Shown here one piece after another: positions 12,045 through 23,309 of a DNA stretch of 64,000 nucleotides. The first letter of the stretch is position 1, and every line of letters begins with the position of its first letter. Position numbers and translations under genes: made by a program. Source of the DNA: Camelus ferus (lineage: Eukaryota); contig NC_045708.1 in NCBI RefSeq assembly GCF_009834535.1, positions 4,712,001 through 4,776,000 on the forward strand, read 5' to 3'. The notes beneath the pieces are model-generated. The model was not told the DNA's origin. It made no database searches and was given only the letters and a program-made list of their open reading frames with translations.

Positions 12045-12754
12045 TGTTACTGAGTCCAGACTCGTTCTGCTTCGCCGCACGACAGGCCAATAAATTGGGA
12101 GATGAGGTGTTGGGGCAAGGAACAAAGACTTTATTCAGAAAGCCAGCAGACTGAGAAGACGGCAGACCAACGTCCCGGAGAACCATCTTCTCCAAGTCAG
12201 AATTTAGGCTCCTTTTATACTAAAGGGGCTGGGGTGGGGGGAGTGGTTAGTTGTTGCAAACTTCTTGGAGTCGGAATCCTTTGTTCTTGCAGCTGTCAGC
12301 AGTAGGTCAGGTCATGATGTTCCTGAAGACCTCCAAGATAAATATTGTTCTCTGTTCGGCAACTTTTTTAAAAACCTTTTTTATTGATTTATAATCATTT
12401 TACAATGTGTCAGATTCCAGTGTAGAGCACCATTTTTCAGTTACACATGAGCATACATATACTCATTGTCACATTGTTTCCTCTGTGAGCGGCCATAAGA
12501 TCTTGTGTATATTCCCCTGCGCTGTACAGTACAATCTTGCTCTGCAACTTTTTTATCTCTCTATGAATGGAAAAGTGTTACACCCTTAAAGGTCAGAGCC
12601 CTGAGAACGGGCTGTCCTGTGTATTTCAGGCTGGAGGCAACATTCTTTTACAAAAGGTGCAGCACCAGCGTGACTCAGCCCAGGAAAGAGAGCACAGGGT
12701 TAGAGCTAAAGGAACAGATCTAACGTGGAGTCAGGTTTGTTCTTCCCTGTTGCA
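12045..12754 (-). mobile_element. ERV1-like solo LTR interrupted by an L1
   Basis: TG...CA termini (TGTTAC at 12045, TGTTGCA ending 12754); GTTC/GCTC flanks (4-bp TSD, 1 mismatch); minus-strand TATAAAA (12213-12219) and AATAAA (12130-12135). Family not named with certainty. Confidence 0.75.
12371..12540 (-). mobile_element. Young camelid-type L1 3' stub nested in the LTR
   Basis: TTTTTTATTGATTTATAATCATTTTACAATG...CGCTGTACAGTAC; 15-bp TSD TCGGCAACTTTTTTA (12356-12370) / TCTGCAACTTTTTTA (12541-12555). Confidence 0.88.
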
Positions 12755-13444
12755 GCTCATCCTCCCAGCCCTGGGGCCGGGCAGGAGGCAGCTTCTCAGA
12801 GCTCTGACGTCTGAAGAGGGTTGATAATTTGCCTGAAGGCGTGAGGCACCTCTGGCAGGTCCCCAGACCCCTTCACCTGAGGAGGCCAGACTCCTGCCCC
12901 CTAGGTTTTCTTGGGAGCCCCGTGAGGCCGAGTGGAACCGCTGAGAGCCTGTGTCCCGATTCCACCCACTGACCAGTCATGCACTGAAGCACAGAGTGAA
13001 CCAGGCAGACAGCATCGATGCGTTTGTCCTCCAGCTCTGCAGGGCGACCTGTCCCGTGCAGCTCAGCTGTGTGGGGACGGCCTCTGAAAGATCCCACACA
13101 CTCCTCTCCAGCTGCGTGATGCTAAAGAGATTCCAGACTATTTAGGGCAGGGAAGTAGTCAGCCACCGCGCCCTCCTGCTGTGCGAGTAGCGGTCCTTGG
13201 AGAGGAGAGTGGCCAACGGCTCTGAGAAACAGTTCAGGATTTGTCCCCTAATCAGTGACCTGTCCCCATTCTGCCTTTTCCATGGAAATCTACAGTGAAG
13301 CCCGAGCCCCACTGAGGGGACTGGCTCACCCAAAGCCACCACAGCCCTCTGCTGTCACACCAAGCCCCGGGGCATGGCTTTGGTTATTATTTTTTTTAAT
13401 GTTCTCCTTTTGGTTGCAAGGAACTGGGACTTGCTCAGACAACT

Positions 13445-13842
13445 TGTATTATTTTCCATAACAAATTTCCACAAACTGGGTGATTTAAAACAATAGAAGT
13501 GTATTCATTTGAAGTTCAGGAGGCCAGAAGGGTTGGTTTCCTTCCAGAGGCTCTGAAGGAGAATCTGTCCGTGGCTTTCTGGTGGCTGCCAGCAATGGCT
13601 GGTGTTCCTTGGCTTGTAAGTGCATCACCCCAATCTCTGCCTCCATCTTCACTTGACTTCTCTGCGTCTTCATGCACCCTTTTCTGACCCTCAGTAGGAC
13701 CTTCTCATTGGATCAGGGACTATCCTCGTCCAGTATGACGCCATCTTGACCCCTTATGACATCTGCAAAGACCCTATTTCCAAATAAGGTCACAGTCAGG
13801 GTTTTGAGAGTCAGGACATGGATGGATCTTTTTCAACCCACA
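13445..13842 (-). mobile_element. MLT1C/D-type MaLR solo LTR
   Basis: TGTATT...AACAAATTTCCACAAACTGGGTGATTTAAAACA...CATCTGCAAAGACCCTATTTCCAAATAAGGTCACA...TTCAACCCACA. Confidence 0.88.
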
Positions 13843-15100
13843 CGACCACCTGAGGAGGAGTGCGGTTTGACAAACAGGATGGAGGGCTGGACTTCACGGC
13901 CAGACCAGGGGACAGGCAGCTCCAGGGATGGGGAAGGCTGGCTCACTCAGCCCATCTCATGGCCAGCTCTGTGCCTCTGCCTGGCAGGCCTGCTTCTCTG
14001 TCTTTTCACTGCCTCTGCTTTCTCCCCCCAGTTTTCTCTTGTGATGTCTGCCTCCTCGTCCTCATGTCTTGTCTTGATTCCTCATGGTCCCACTTCAGCT
14101 TTTCTAACAACATCTCTGCTCCAGTGCTAGCTGCTAATTGCCTCATTCTTGTGATGCTTCCCAGGCTGGTTCCTAAGGGAGGAAATTCTATTCGCCACAC
14201 CCATCTTTTCACAGCCGCACAGATGACCCCTCCCAGGCCAGCATGCTAATTGGATGTCATGGGGTTGTGTGTCCACTCATAGGCTGATGTAGGGTGGGGC
14301 TGTGGTACCAAGTGTGCATTTCCACCTGCCCCTTGGAGGGGACGGGAAGGTAGCAGGCATGTGCTGGAGGGTAGGACCCCTCCCCCCACAAGTACAGGGT
14401 GACCATGTGCTCCACGCAGGAGAACTCCAAGGGACCAGGATCCAACCGAGTGGAATTGTCCAATTGTCAGCTAACTGAAATATTTTCAGTTTTATTCCTG
14501 TTTGAGAGGAGAGAGAGAAAGATAATAGGAACCTGGGAAAAAGCAACCACGGGGAAGTGTTCTAGCATCAGTCCACGTTTCCCTGAGGTTCAGAGCAGCG
14601 ACTTTCGGGGATGCCATGATCCTTTAAGCATCAGAGAAAGATGGAGCCACATTCACGGTATCATGACCCTTGTTAGGCAGGAAAGGATATCTGTGACTGC
14701 GGGAAGATTCTCCAGCAACACCCCCGGGTGACCATCGAAGCTCCTCATGCCTCATTTCCCGACGTCCTGGGTCTCCTGTGGGTTTTCCTGGACTCCTCTG
14801 TTATCACGATGCCGCTTGCAGTTCGGCCAGTGAGTCACTTCCTCCCACCTGGTTGCACAGTCCTATCGTTTGTCCGTAGGAGATTCCGTCCTAGGGAATA
14901 TCGTGTCCCTGGATTGTGGGCTTAAGATGGCAAATCCGCGCTGCGATATAAACGCAGAAGTCATTACCATTCTCCTCGAGTACATGTTAATGACACCACG
15001 GAATGGTGATAATTAGATGAGGCATCATTTCACACCATCACCAGTGTGCTTTACATTTATTTATTGCCATTTCTTTCTCCAAAGTCAGCAAAATGGAGAC

Positions 15101-15203
15101 TTGTACAATATCCCAAAGTGCCTGACGAGGGAGCATCCTGCGACTGTTAATTGTGCAATATCCCAAAGTGCCCGACGAGGGAGCATCCTGCGACTGTTAA
15201 TTG
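15101..15203. repeat. 50-bp tandem duplication (2 copies + 3 bp)
   Basis: 15101-15150 vs 15151-15200 differ at only 2 positions (A/G, T/C). Confidence 0.97.
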
Positions 15204-15335
15204 CCACCTCTTGGGCTTGCTCGTCCCCACTTCCACCTCCAGCCACTTTCTGGGGTCCTCCTGTCTGTTTTCTCTGCCCCCCCCCCCATCCCAGGACCCC
15301 AGTGGCTCGCCCTCTGCTCAGTCACCAGAAGTGGC

Positions 15336-15694
15336 TGCATTTGTCTGCTTGGGCTGCCCTAACAAAGCACCATGGCCTTGGTGGCTTCAACACAGAAATT
15401 TATCTTCTCACAGTTCTGGACACAGTATATCTGAGGCATCGTGAGGCCTCTCTCCTTGGTTTGCAGACGGCCGTCTACACCCTGTCTCCTTCCATGGCTG
15501 TCTCTGTCTGTGTCTGTATCCTAAGCTCCTCTTCTTAGAAAGACACCTGTCATATTGGGAGAGAGCCCACCCCAATGACCTCGCCTTAGCTGCCTCTTTA
15601 AAGGCCCTCTCTCCAGACACAGCCATGCTCTGTGGCACTTGGGGTTAGGACTTCCACATACACATTTGGGAGGGAGACAGTTCAGCCCGTAACA
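15336..15694 (-). mobile_element. MLT1A-type MaLR solo LTR
   Basis: GGGCTGCCCTAACAAAGCACC...AGAAATTTATCTTCTCACAGTTCTGG...GGGTTAGGACTTCCACATA...TTCAGCCCGTAACA. Confidence 0.9.
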
Positions 15695-16348
15695 CACACC
15701 AAGTTCCCCTGAGCCCGGTAGCAGCCCTTTCTGAGCGACTGAGATTCTCCGTGGAGCCACCGTTGTCTGTGTCGGGTGCCTCCATCTTGCTGATCACCGC
15801 CTTTCATGTCAGAAGTACTCTGGTTTGGATAATACATCACGTGGTCCTTCTCCTTTTGGGTGGAGTTTGGAGAGACTCAGATGGCCTGTAGGTGACTTTT
15901 CCAACCCTCAGGGGCACTGCAGTGGCCAAGCCACTGGGGTTTGGGAGGCTGTTGAGTGTCCGCACTTCATGCCAGCCACTAGCCGGGCGCAGTAGATTTC
16001 TTTCTTAATCTGAAAACCTGGCCCCCTGTGATGTGCCAGGCACCGTGCTACCATTTATGTACGCGTTCTTGCACAACCCGGAGGGTGGCCCCGTGTCCAT
16101 TACTGTTCTTTCCGAAGTAGAAACAAGAGTTCAGAGGGGTTGAGGAACTCGCTTAAGGTCACACAGGCTGGCTGTGGCGAAGTGGGATCTGAACCCAGAG
16201 TTTTTCAGTTCCAAAAGCACACGACATTCGTCACTGACCCCTAAGTAACCTGAGACAAAGCCACTATCCTGTCCAGGCCGCCTGGGCTTCCCTTCCCGTA
16301 AACCAAACCAAGGTGACAGAGTCAGGCCGGGCGCTTCGTAATGCTGGT

Positions 16349-16756
16349 TCTTTTAGTCCCCTGGGGCTGCCGTAACCAAGCACCATGACTTGGGCGGCTT
16401 AAACAACAGGAATTTATTGTCTCCCCGCCCTGGAGGCCGGAAGTCTGAATCAGAGTGTCGGTGGGATTGGCTCCTTCCGCAGCCTGTCCCTCCCGCCTCT
16501 GGTGCCTCAGACGCTCCCTGGCTGCAGAGGGTGCTCTCCTGGTGTCCTCACGTTGTGTTTCCTATGCGTGTCTTTCTGTGTCCAAATTCCCCCTTTTTGT
16601 AAGGCTTCCGGCCTTGCTGGATTAAGGCCTGCCCTACTGATGCCACCTTAACTGGGTCGTCGGCAAGGACCTTATTCCCAAATAAGGTCGCATTCACAGA
16701 TGCTGGAGGTTAGGCCTTCAGCATGTCTTGGGGGGGACAAAAGTCACCACGTATCA
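16349..16756 (-). mobile_element. MLT1B/C-type MaLR solo LTR
   Basis: GGGGCTGCCGTAACCAAGCACC...GGCTTAAACAACAGGAATTTATT...CCAAATAAGGTCGCATTCACAG...GGGGACA. Confidence 0.88.
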
Positions 16757-16783
16757 GCACCTGGACCTCATCTGAAAAGCCAG

Positions 16784-17012
16784 CTGTAATAAGTCACGTC
16801 CCTTCCCAGGTCTTCCGGCCTCAGTGCAGGCAGGATCGCTCCTGTGAGGGCAGGTGGACCTTCTGGGAAGTCGGTAAGGTCTCAGCGGGGGCTTGCCCTG
16901 GGGTCTGACTCAGGGGCTGGGGGGACACCTTTCCAAGTGCCTCACCTGTGGATCCTTCAGAAGCTCCCCCCAACCCCCCGGCTGCACACAGGTGCCTTGG
17001 CAAGGCCCCATC
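16784..17012 (+). repeat. Unassigned dispersed repeat, copy A (partner at 19447-19689)
   Basis: Shares collinear blocks with copy B: GCTCCTGTG, GGTGGACCTTCTGG (14 bp exact), GGTCTCAG and a 40/39-bp core differing by 1 indel + 1 substitution. Confidence 0.8.
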
Positions 17013-19446
17013 CAGCTCCTGGGGAGGGGAGCTCTCTCCCAGGTGCTCCCTGATGCCCTCTGTCCTGGTGCCCAGCCTCCTCCCCCAACCTCTCTCCCCA
17101 GAATGAGTGCAACCTGGCCTCAGGAGCTGTGGGCGCCCTGCTCGGCCTGCATCCTGCAGCCCAGGCAAGGGACCCTGAGGGGCGTTAATGGACAGTGCTC
17201 TTCCACACCCGGTCCTCCTGACCCTCCCGGGTCCCGAGTCCCTCCAGCTGCCCAAGCCCACACTCCCAGGCTCGGGGGACACCTGAAATGTTACCTTTAT
17301 GTTGGTCCTCTCACCCTCTCCCGTTCCTGGGAGGAGGGGGGCCTGGAGGCGGGCGCAGTGCAGTCGGCTCTGTGGCGTCACCCAGGGAAGCCGGCGGTTT
17401 GGCCTTTGGAAACCTCCTGTAATGAGATGCCTGTGACCCCTTGCCCACTGCGCCTGCACCTGTGTGGGGCGTGCCAGCTGTCAGACGCTCTCATTTCTGT
17501 TCTTTATACTGAGCCCAAATCTACCTCCCAGGACTTCTGCCTGCATATTAAACTGCTGGTGTAGAAGCGCATCATAGGGGGGTTTATACAAACAAATCCT
17601 AGTGCTGTGGCAGTGCGCACGTGTGAACATGTGGGTGCAGGTGCGTCTGCAGCACACACGCACGTTGTACGAGACAGAGTACTTCTTGGAACTGGGCTCT
17701 GTCCCACCGAGTCCTGCCAGGCGCCTGACTTTTCTCTCGGTGTTGGGGAGGGAGCCGCTGCCGCTTGAAGACGTGAGTCTGTTTGCTGTGTTGTTTGTGC
17801 CCTCTGCCCAAGCCGCTGGCTGGGTCCTCCAGGCCTGCCTGAGGGCAGGGCTTCCCCCCCAGCCCCGTGGTCCCCCGCGGTCCCTACGAGCACTTTGGCA
17901 GTGCGGACCTCACCGTCTCAGACACCCCGGACTCATGGGGCTGGGCAGTGTGACCTCAGGACTGGACACAGACAGGGCCACCTGCCAAAGTGAGCATTTT
18001 CTCAGGGAAAGAGTCCAAGTGGCCTCGCGCTTTTCCCAGGCACGACCCTGATGGCTGAAGAATTACTTTCACTTGGGGAAGGCGCAGAGCTGCTGAAGCG
18101 TGCTGCCTTCTAATCTTAGCGCAGCGCCAGGCGCGCGGGCAGCTGGAAACAGCCAGGTAGGAGCTTCTGGCAGGATGAAGGCCAGAAACGCCTCCAGGCT
18201 CCCACCCCGGCCGAAGTGCACATAGATCGATGAGACTGTTCTGGTGGAAAGGGCCACAGCACCTCCCCACACTCAGAGGTCTGGCCAGAGAGGGAGCAAG
18301 TCCTGCCACCCAGGAGAGGCACATCACCGTGGCCTCTGCCTGGTCTGCAGGTCAATGGTTCGGCCCCGTGGCTGTGCCCTGAGCCCGGCTTCCAGGGGAG
18401 GCAGGCCAGTCAGGGAAGTGAATTCAGAAACCAAGACCAGGGAGGGTTCCATCTTCTGTCCAGGGCTGAAGAAGGAATCTCTGCTAACCTGCCCTGGTCA
18501 GGGTGTGTCGGTCAGAGGGCCTTCAAGGAGTGAGAGTCATCTGGGAAGCCTTTTAACTGCGTGTGAAGCTGTGCCCGAGCCCCCGAGTTGCAGGATAAGA
18601 TGCGAGGGCAGTTTATTATTTGGTTGACATTTATGGCAAGTGTAAACAGAGCATTATTACTACCGGATCATGAGCCTCCGAGCTCGGCGAAGGCAGAGCG
18701 TGGAGGGTACACAAGTCAGAGAGGAGTTTTTATACAAAAGAGAACAAAGTGATGTGCTCCGGCTGTTAACACTCCCCCATAAAGCAGGCAAGCGGAGAGC
18801 AGAAAATTGAAACCGTCAGGAAAGTGTCAGGTCCGGGGCAGCCGAGACACGAGGCGATGCTGATGGAACTGGGGCTAGTGCCCCCTCCGAGGGTCAGGAT
18901 CGCGGGGTTCTGGGAGAGGGGGAGGCGGAGGGGAGAAGGGAGACGAGGACCAAAGGGACAGGAAGCAGGAAGAGCAAGAAGGAGGAGAGAGAAAGATGGA
19001 AAAACTCAGAAGAGGCCAAAGCAGAGGAGAGGGCGGACAGAGAAAAGGGTTTCCGTGGTCACTGCTCTCGGCGTTGATTTTTCTCTCCAGTTACTGCCGA
19101 CCTGGGCTGCCTGGTTCGTTGCTTCCGCAGGAAGGGACATTACTTTTGTCATCTAGGAGTCTTGATGGAGTGTGTGCCTTGACACCTCCTAAAAAGGATG
19201 AGTGAGAAGTTTCCTCAGGCTGTGGACTCCAAGAAACAGATGGGTCCTGGTGTCTTCGCAAAAGCCCCCGGGATGTCAGCATCTTGCCGGATCGTTAATG
19301 GGGACAGAGTGGCCAAGGTGGAGACTATTTTGGGCTCCAAGAGTTGTGTGTGGTGTTGGTATTGGAAGACATCTGTACTCCCTGATTTTCTGTCCTTGGA
19401 ACATTGGCCAGGGAGCCCTTCCCAGGAAAGTTATTTGTAAAGTAAC

Positions 19447-19689
19447 CTGTAACAAGCTTCATGCTTTCTGGGCCTCTTGGCCCCAGGTCCGGCAGGCCAG
19501 CTCCTGTGGGGGCCCTGGGAGGCCGGTGGACCTTCTGGTTTGAGGGAAGTGCTTTGGGGTCTCAGTGAGGGGCTGCACAGAAGGTCCAGCGTTGGGGAAG
19601 GGAGCATCCTTCCAAGTGCCTCACCTTGGATCCTTCAAAAGCTCCCCCTCCTCCCCTGCTGGACCTGTGATTCTTGGAAAGACCCAATC
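19447..19689 (+). repeat. Unassigned dispersed repeat, copy B
   Basis: See copy A; core at 19610-19648. Confidence 0.8.
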
Positions 19690-19918
19690 TTGAGCCAGGA
19701 AACGTGTGAAAATCTCTTCCCCCCTAAGCAAGCCATCCCACCAAGGCACAGAGAGAGAGGTCCAGAGGGACCCCTTCCACCCCTAGGGATCAATGCAGGA
19801 GGCCAATATGAGCACAGATGTGGACAGAGCATCTGTCAGTTCCAGGCACTGTATGAGACCCTCAGAGGTCACCATCCTTGACCACCTGGTGACATTGAGA
19901 ACTCAGTGGTCAGGAACC

Positions 19919-19927
19919 TGGGTGGTC
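19919..19927 (-). promoter_or_regulatory. Perfect GLI consensus site (GACCACCCA), motif only
   Basis: TGGGTGGTC on + strand; related GACCAC/GTGGTC cores at 19880 and 19906. No functional evidence. Confidence 0.25.
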
Positions 19928-19937
19928 AGCCTGGGAC

Positions 19938-20040
19938 ATGATGTGACCTTGGTCAAGTTACCTAACCTTTCAAAGCCACAGTTTCATCATCTGGTCACAA
20001 CTGTTAGCATGGTGCCTGGCCCAAAGTAGGCACTAAATGC
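19938..20040 (+). mobile_element. MIR fragment
   Basis: TGTGACCTTGGTCAAGTTACCTAACCT...CAGTTTCATCATCTG...TGCCTGGCCCAAAGTAGGCACT. Confidence 0.7.
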
Positions 20041-20059
20041 TCTCTCTATGCCCATAATC

Positions 20060-20720
20060 CCCCAATTAATTTCTCCAACTCTGACCTCTCTCCTGAACCC
20101 CAGACTCCTGTACCTACTCAGAGTCTCCTCCTGGGTGTCTAACAGGCCTCTCAAACCTAATACAACCAAAATGGAAGCTCTGCCTAAATGTCTAGCAAGC
20201 TCATTCCTCCCACGTCTTCCTCATCCACCCACCCATCCCTTTTCTCTAAAAGCCAAGGAGGTAGCCTAAATTTCTGCCTTTCCCTCTCTCCTTCATTTAA
20301 TCACTCAGCCAACCCTGACAACTCTATCCCTGAAATACAGCTCAAGGCCATCAGCTTCTTTCCACCTCAATGGCAGAGCCCCTCTTCTGAGTCTCCCACA
20401 ACTTATTTTCCACTCAGTAGCCAATATGTGGACCAAATCATATTTTCCTCCTTAAAATACTCCAGTGGATCCTACTGTGACTAGAATGAAATCCAAACTC
20501 CCCTACACCATGGTCTTCCCACCCATCCCTGGTCAGGCCTGCCATCCAGCCTTGTCTCACACCAGGCTCCCCCTTGCTAGCCCTCTGGGTTGCCATACCT
20601 GACCACACCCCAGGGCCTTTGCACGTGCTCTCCCCACTGCCTAGAACACTCTTATTCCAGATTAAGCACAGCTGACTCCACTCATCCAGGGCTAGGCCCA
20701 AATGTCCTATCTTCTTCCCC
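20060..20720 (+). mobile_element. L2 (L2a/b) fragment
   Basis: CCAACTCTGACCTCTCTCCTGAACCCCAGACTC...AGAATGAAATCCAAACTCC...CCAGGGCCTTTGCAC...CTGCCTAGAACACTCT. Confidence 0.8.
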
Positions 20721-21443
20721 AGGAGGATTTGGGGGTGGCATCACTGTGCATGGCATAGGGACAGAAAACTTCACCCCTCACCCAGAAGGCTGGAGAGAGC
20801 TGAAGCAGGGACCATGGAAATAATGGAGACTCCACGTCAGGGCTGCTGTTGGCAGGATCCTCCGCCAGGTTGAGGACCCGAGGGGCATCTGACTTCGGCA
20901 GGCTTTTTCTTTTTGGTTGGGGTGTCCTCACGGGACTAGGGGATGCCCAGAGCCCCAAGTTCCCCTGCTTCCCTATCCTGGGTAGACATGCCTCCAAAGA
21001 GGTGGGTGCACCCTCCAGGCAGTTCCCGGGGCCTCTGTAGAGTCTTTGGGCAGGGGTACGTGTGCCCCACACCCGAGCCCTCACTCACTGCGACATTTTC
21101 CAGGCTTTTGCTGAGGCTATGTTGGCTCCATCCTAAGGCAGCCACACTAAGAGATCTTGAGTGAGACCTGCCTCTTGAAACATGCGTTCTCAGAGTCTCC
21201 GAGCCTCTTCTGCCCCGAGATGCACGTGGAACCTACGGTTGGTTGGAGGGGATTTGGAAAAGTGCAGGAGTGACTTCTCCCTCCTCCTCTGCCAATCCCT
21301 AAGTCTAGGTGAAGTGGGAGCTCTAAACTGGGGGGGCTACCAGCAGGCTGCTTGTCCATGGGGGTCCCTGCAGCGTGCCCGGGCCCCGCTCTGCATTTAT
21401 TGAGGCCAGCCCATTCCCAGTGGCTGCTTTTACAGGGAAACAT

Positions 21444-21580
21444 AATACTGGTTGAGAATGCGGCTTTTGGAGTAACGTTGACCCAGCTGCGAATCCTGCC
21501 TCTTCCACCTACTGACTGTGTGACTGAGAACAAGTTACTTAACTTCTCGGACCCTCGGTCTCCTCCTCTGTGATCGGGGC
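21444..21580 (+). mobile_element. MIR fragment
   Basis: GGCTTTTGGAGT...GAATCCTGCCTCTTCCACCTACTGACTGTGTGAC...CAAGTTACTTAACTTCTC. Confidence 0.75.
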
Positions 21581-22074
21581 AAAGCAGTGCCAGCCCCCCG
21601 GGGCTGGGCTGAGGACGTAGCGGGGCCCCAAGCTCACGGCAGCTGCTGCTGTGATCACCCACGGTCTCTGTGACAGTCTTCCCTGCTCCTGTCCCCGCAC
21701 GGGCCTGCAGCCACCTCGCAGTTGACACAGAGGCTCCCTGAAGTCGTCTGTTCTAGCATGTACTGGGTCCAGGGAAGGATGTGGCTCTGGGCAGACCCTA
21801 TTGGTGCTGTGGGGGGTTTTCTGACTCACAGGGGGCTTGTGACGTTGTCCTGTGTCACGGAACATCCAGCAAGGGAGGGGGGATCACATCCATGGATTCG
21901 CCCCCACTGTTCCTACCTTCCCTAAGGCTGCAGGTTCCCAGGAACCCAAGATCGAAGCCCCCTTCTTAAGCCTTGTTCATTTGGTTCATGAGGGGCCATC
22001 CAGGGCTCCTGGCGAGGAGGGAGTGATCTAGTGGAGGGGCAGCTGTGAGGAAGAGGAACTAAGCTGCCCAGATG

Positions 22075-22200
22075 CTAGGATCTCAAGCCCTGGCATTACC
22101 CCTCTCAGCTGGGCAACCTTCAGCCAGTAGCTTAACCTCTCTGGGCCTGTTTCCTTGTTGATAAAGCAGGGAGAATGATTCCCATCTCCGAGCTGTTCAG
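22075..22200 (+). mobile_element. MIR fragment
   Basis: AGCTGGGCAACCTT...CTTAACCTCTCTGGGCCTGTTTCC. Confidence 0.6.
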
Positions 22201-22624
22201 TCATTCATTGCTCTAACAAGTGTGAGGGGGATAGTGATGTGGCTCAAAGGGATGGGTTTGTGCAGGGTCGTCCACGTAGTCCTAAAGACTTCATCCTTTA
22301 TCTAAAGGGCTCAAGAAAGCCATAGAAGGGTTTTGGGTTGGTTTGTTTGTTTGCATTATTTTTAAATAGGCGACTATCATTAATTGGTGTTTTTAAAAGA
22401 CGGCGCTGACTCCAGGTGAGGAAGAAGTTGAAATTTGTGAGGATGAAGTGAGATGCATGGACAGCAGGCAGCTCCATGCCTGGTGGATAGGAGGTGCTCA
22501 GGACCACTAGCTCTTCCCGTTACATCCGCCATGGCGATGGTGGTTGGGCAAGCAGCCATTCTTCATAATGAGAGCTGTGCGCACCTGCTCAGGAAACCCT
22601 GCTCCAGAGGACGTGGACTCAGTA

Positions 22625-22794
22625 GGGAGGGTGTAGCTCAGTGGTAGAGTGCACGCTTAGCATGCATGAGGTCCTGGGTTCAATCCCCAGTACCTCCATT
22701 AAATAAATTAACCTAATTACATTCCCTGCCAAAAAGAAAAAAAAAAAAACCAGCAAAAAGAAGAAAAAGAAAGTCATGTTAAAAAAAAAAAAAA
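22625..22794 (+). mobile_element. tRNA-Ala-derived SINE, Vic-1-like (camelid)
   Basis: tRNA-Ala(AGC)-like head 22627-22698 with A box TAGCTCAGTGG (22634-22644) and B box GGTTCAATCCC (22677-22687), then AAATAAATTAACCTAATTAC tail and A-rich tract. Confidence 0.88.
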
Positions 22795-22859
22795 GATTAG
22801 ATGCATGTGTTCTTCAAAACAAAACAAGGCATGATTTAAAATAAAAGGACATGGGCTGA

Positions 22860-23309
22860 TGTTTGCAGCGACATGGATGGACCTGGATGGAGATCATCAT
22901 TCTAAGTGAAGTCAGCCAGAAAGAGAAAGACAAATACCATATGCTGTCACTTATATACGGAATCTAGAAAATAATACAAATGAATTCATTTACAAACCAG
23001 AAGCAGACTCACAGACATAGAAAACAAACTTACGGTTACCAAAGGGGAAAGAGAAGGAGGGATAAATAAGAAGTTTAGAATTAGCAGATACAAACTGCTT
23101 TATATAAAATAAATAAACAACAAGGACCTACTGTAGAGCACAGGGAACTATATTCAATACCTTGTAATAACCTATAAAGAAAAAGAATCTGAAAACAAAT
23201 ATGTATATAAAATATATAAGACCGAATCACTTTGCTGTACACCAGAACCTAACACAACATTGCAAATCAACTGCACTTCAATGAAAAGTTGTTTGTTTTG
23301 GGGAAAAAA
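22860..23309 (+). mobile_element. Cetartiodactyl-type L1 3' fragment
   Basis: TTTGCAGCGACATGGATGGACC...GCACAGGGAACTATATTCAATA...CACTTCAAT, A-tail; 17-bp TSD AAAAGGACATGGGCTGA (22843-22859) / AAAAGGACATAGACTGA (23310-23326). Confidence 0.93.

Noticed and set aside
12825-12875. Possible third, inverted copy of the 16784/19447 repeat core
   Set aside because: Only GTGCCTCAC and CCTTCAG match, with gaps; compatible with chance in GC-rich DNA.
22627-22698. tRNA-Ala(AGC) gene
   Set aside because: A-C mismatch in the acceptor stem, C-A mismatch in the anticodon stem, no nearby T4 terminator, and a SINE tail with poly-A follows; called as SINE.
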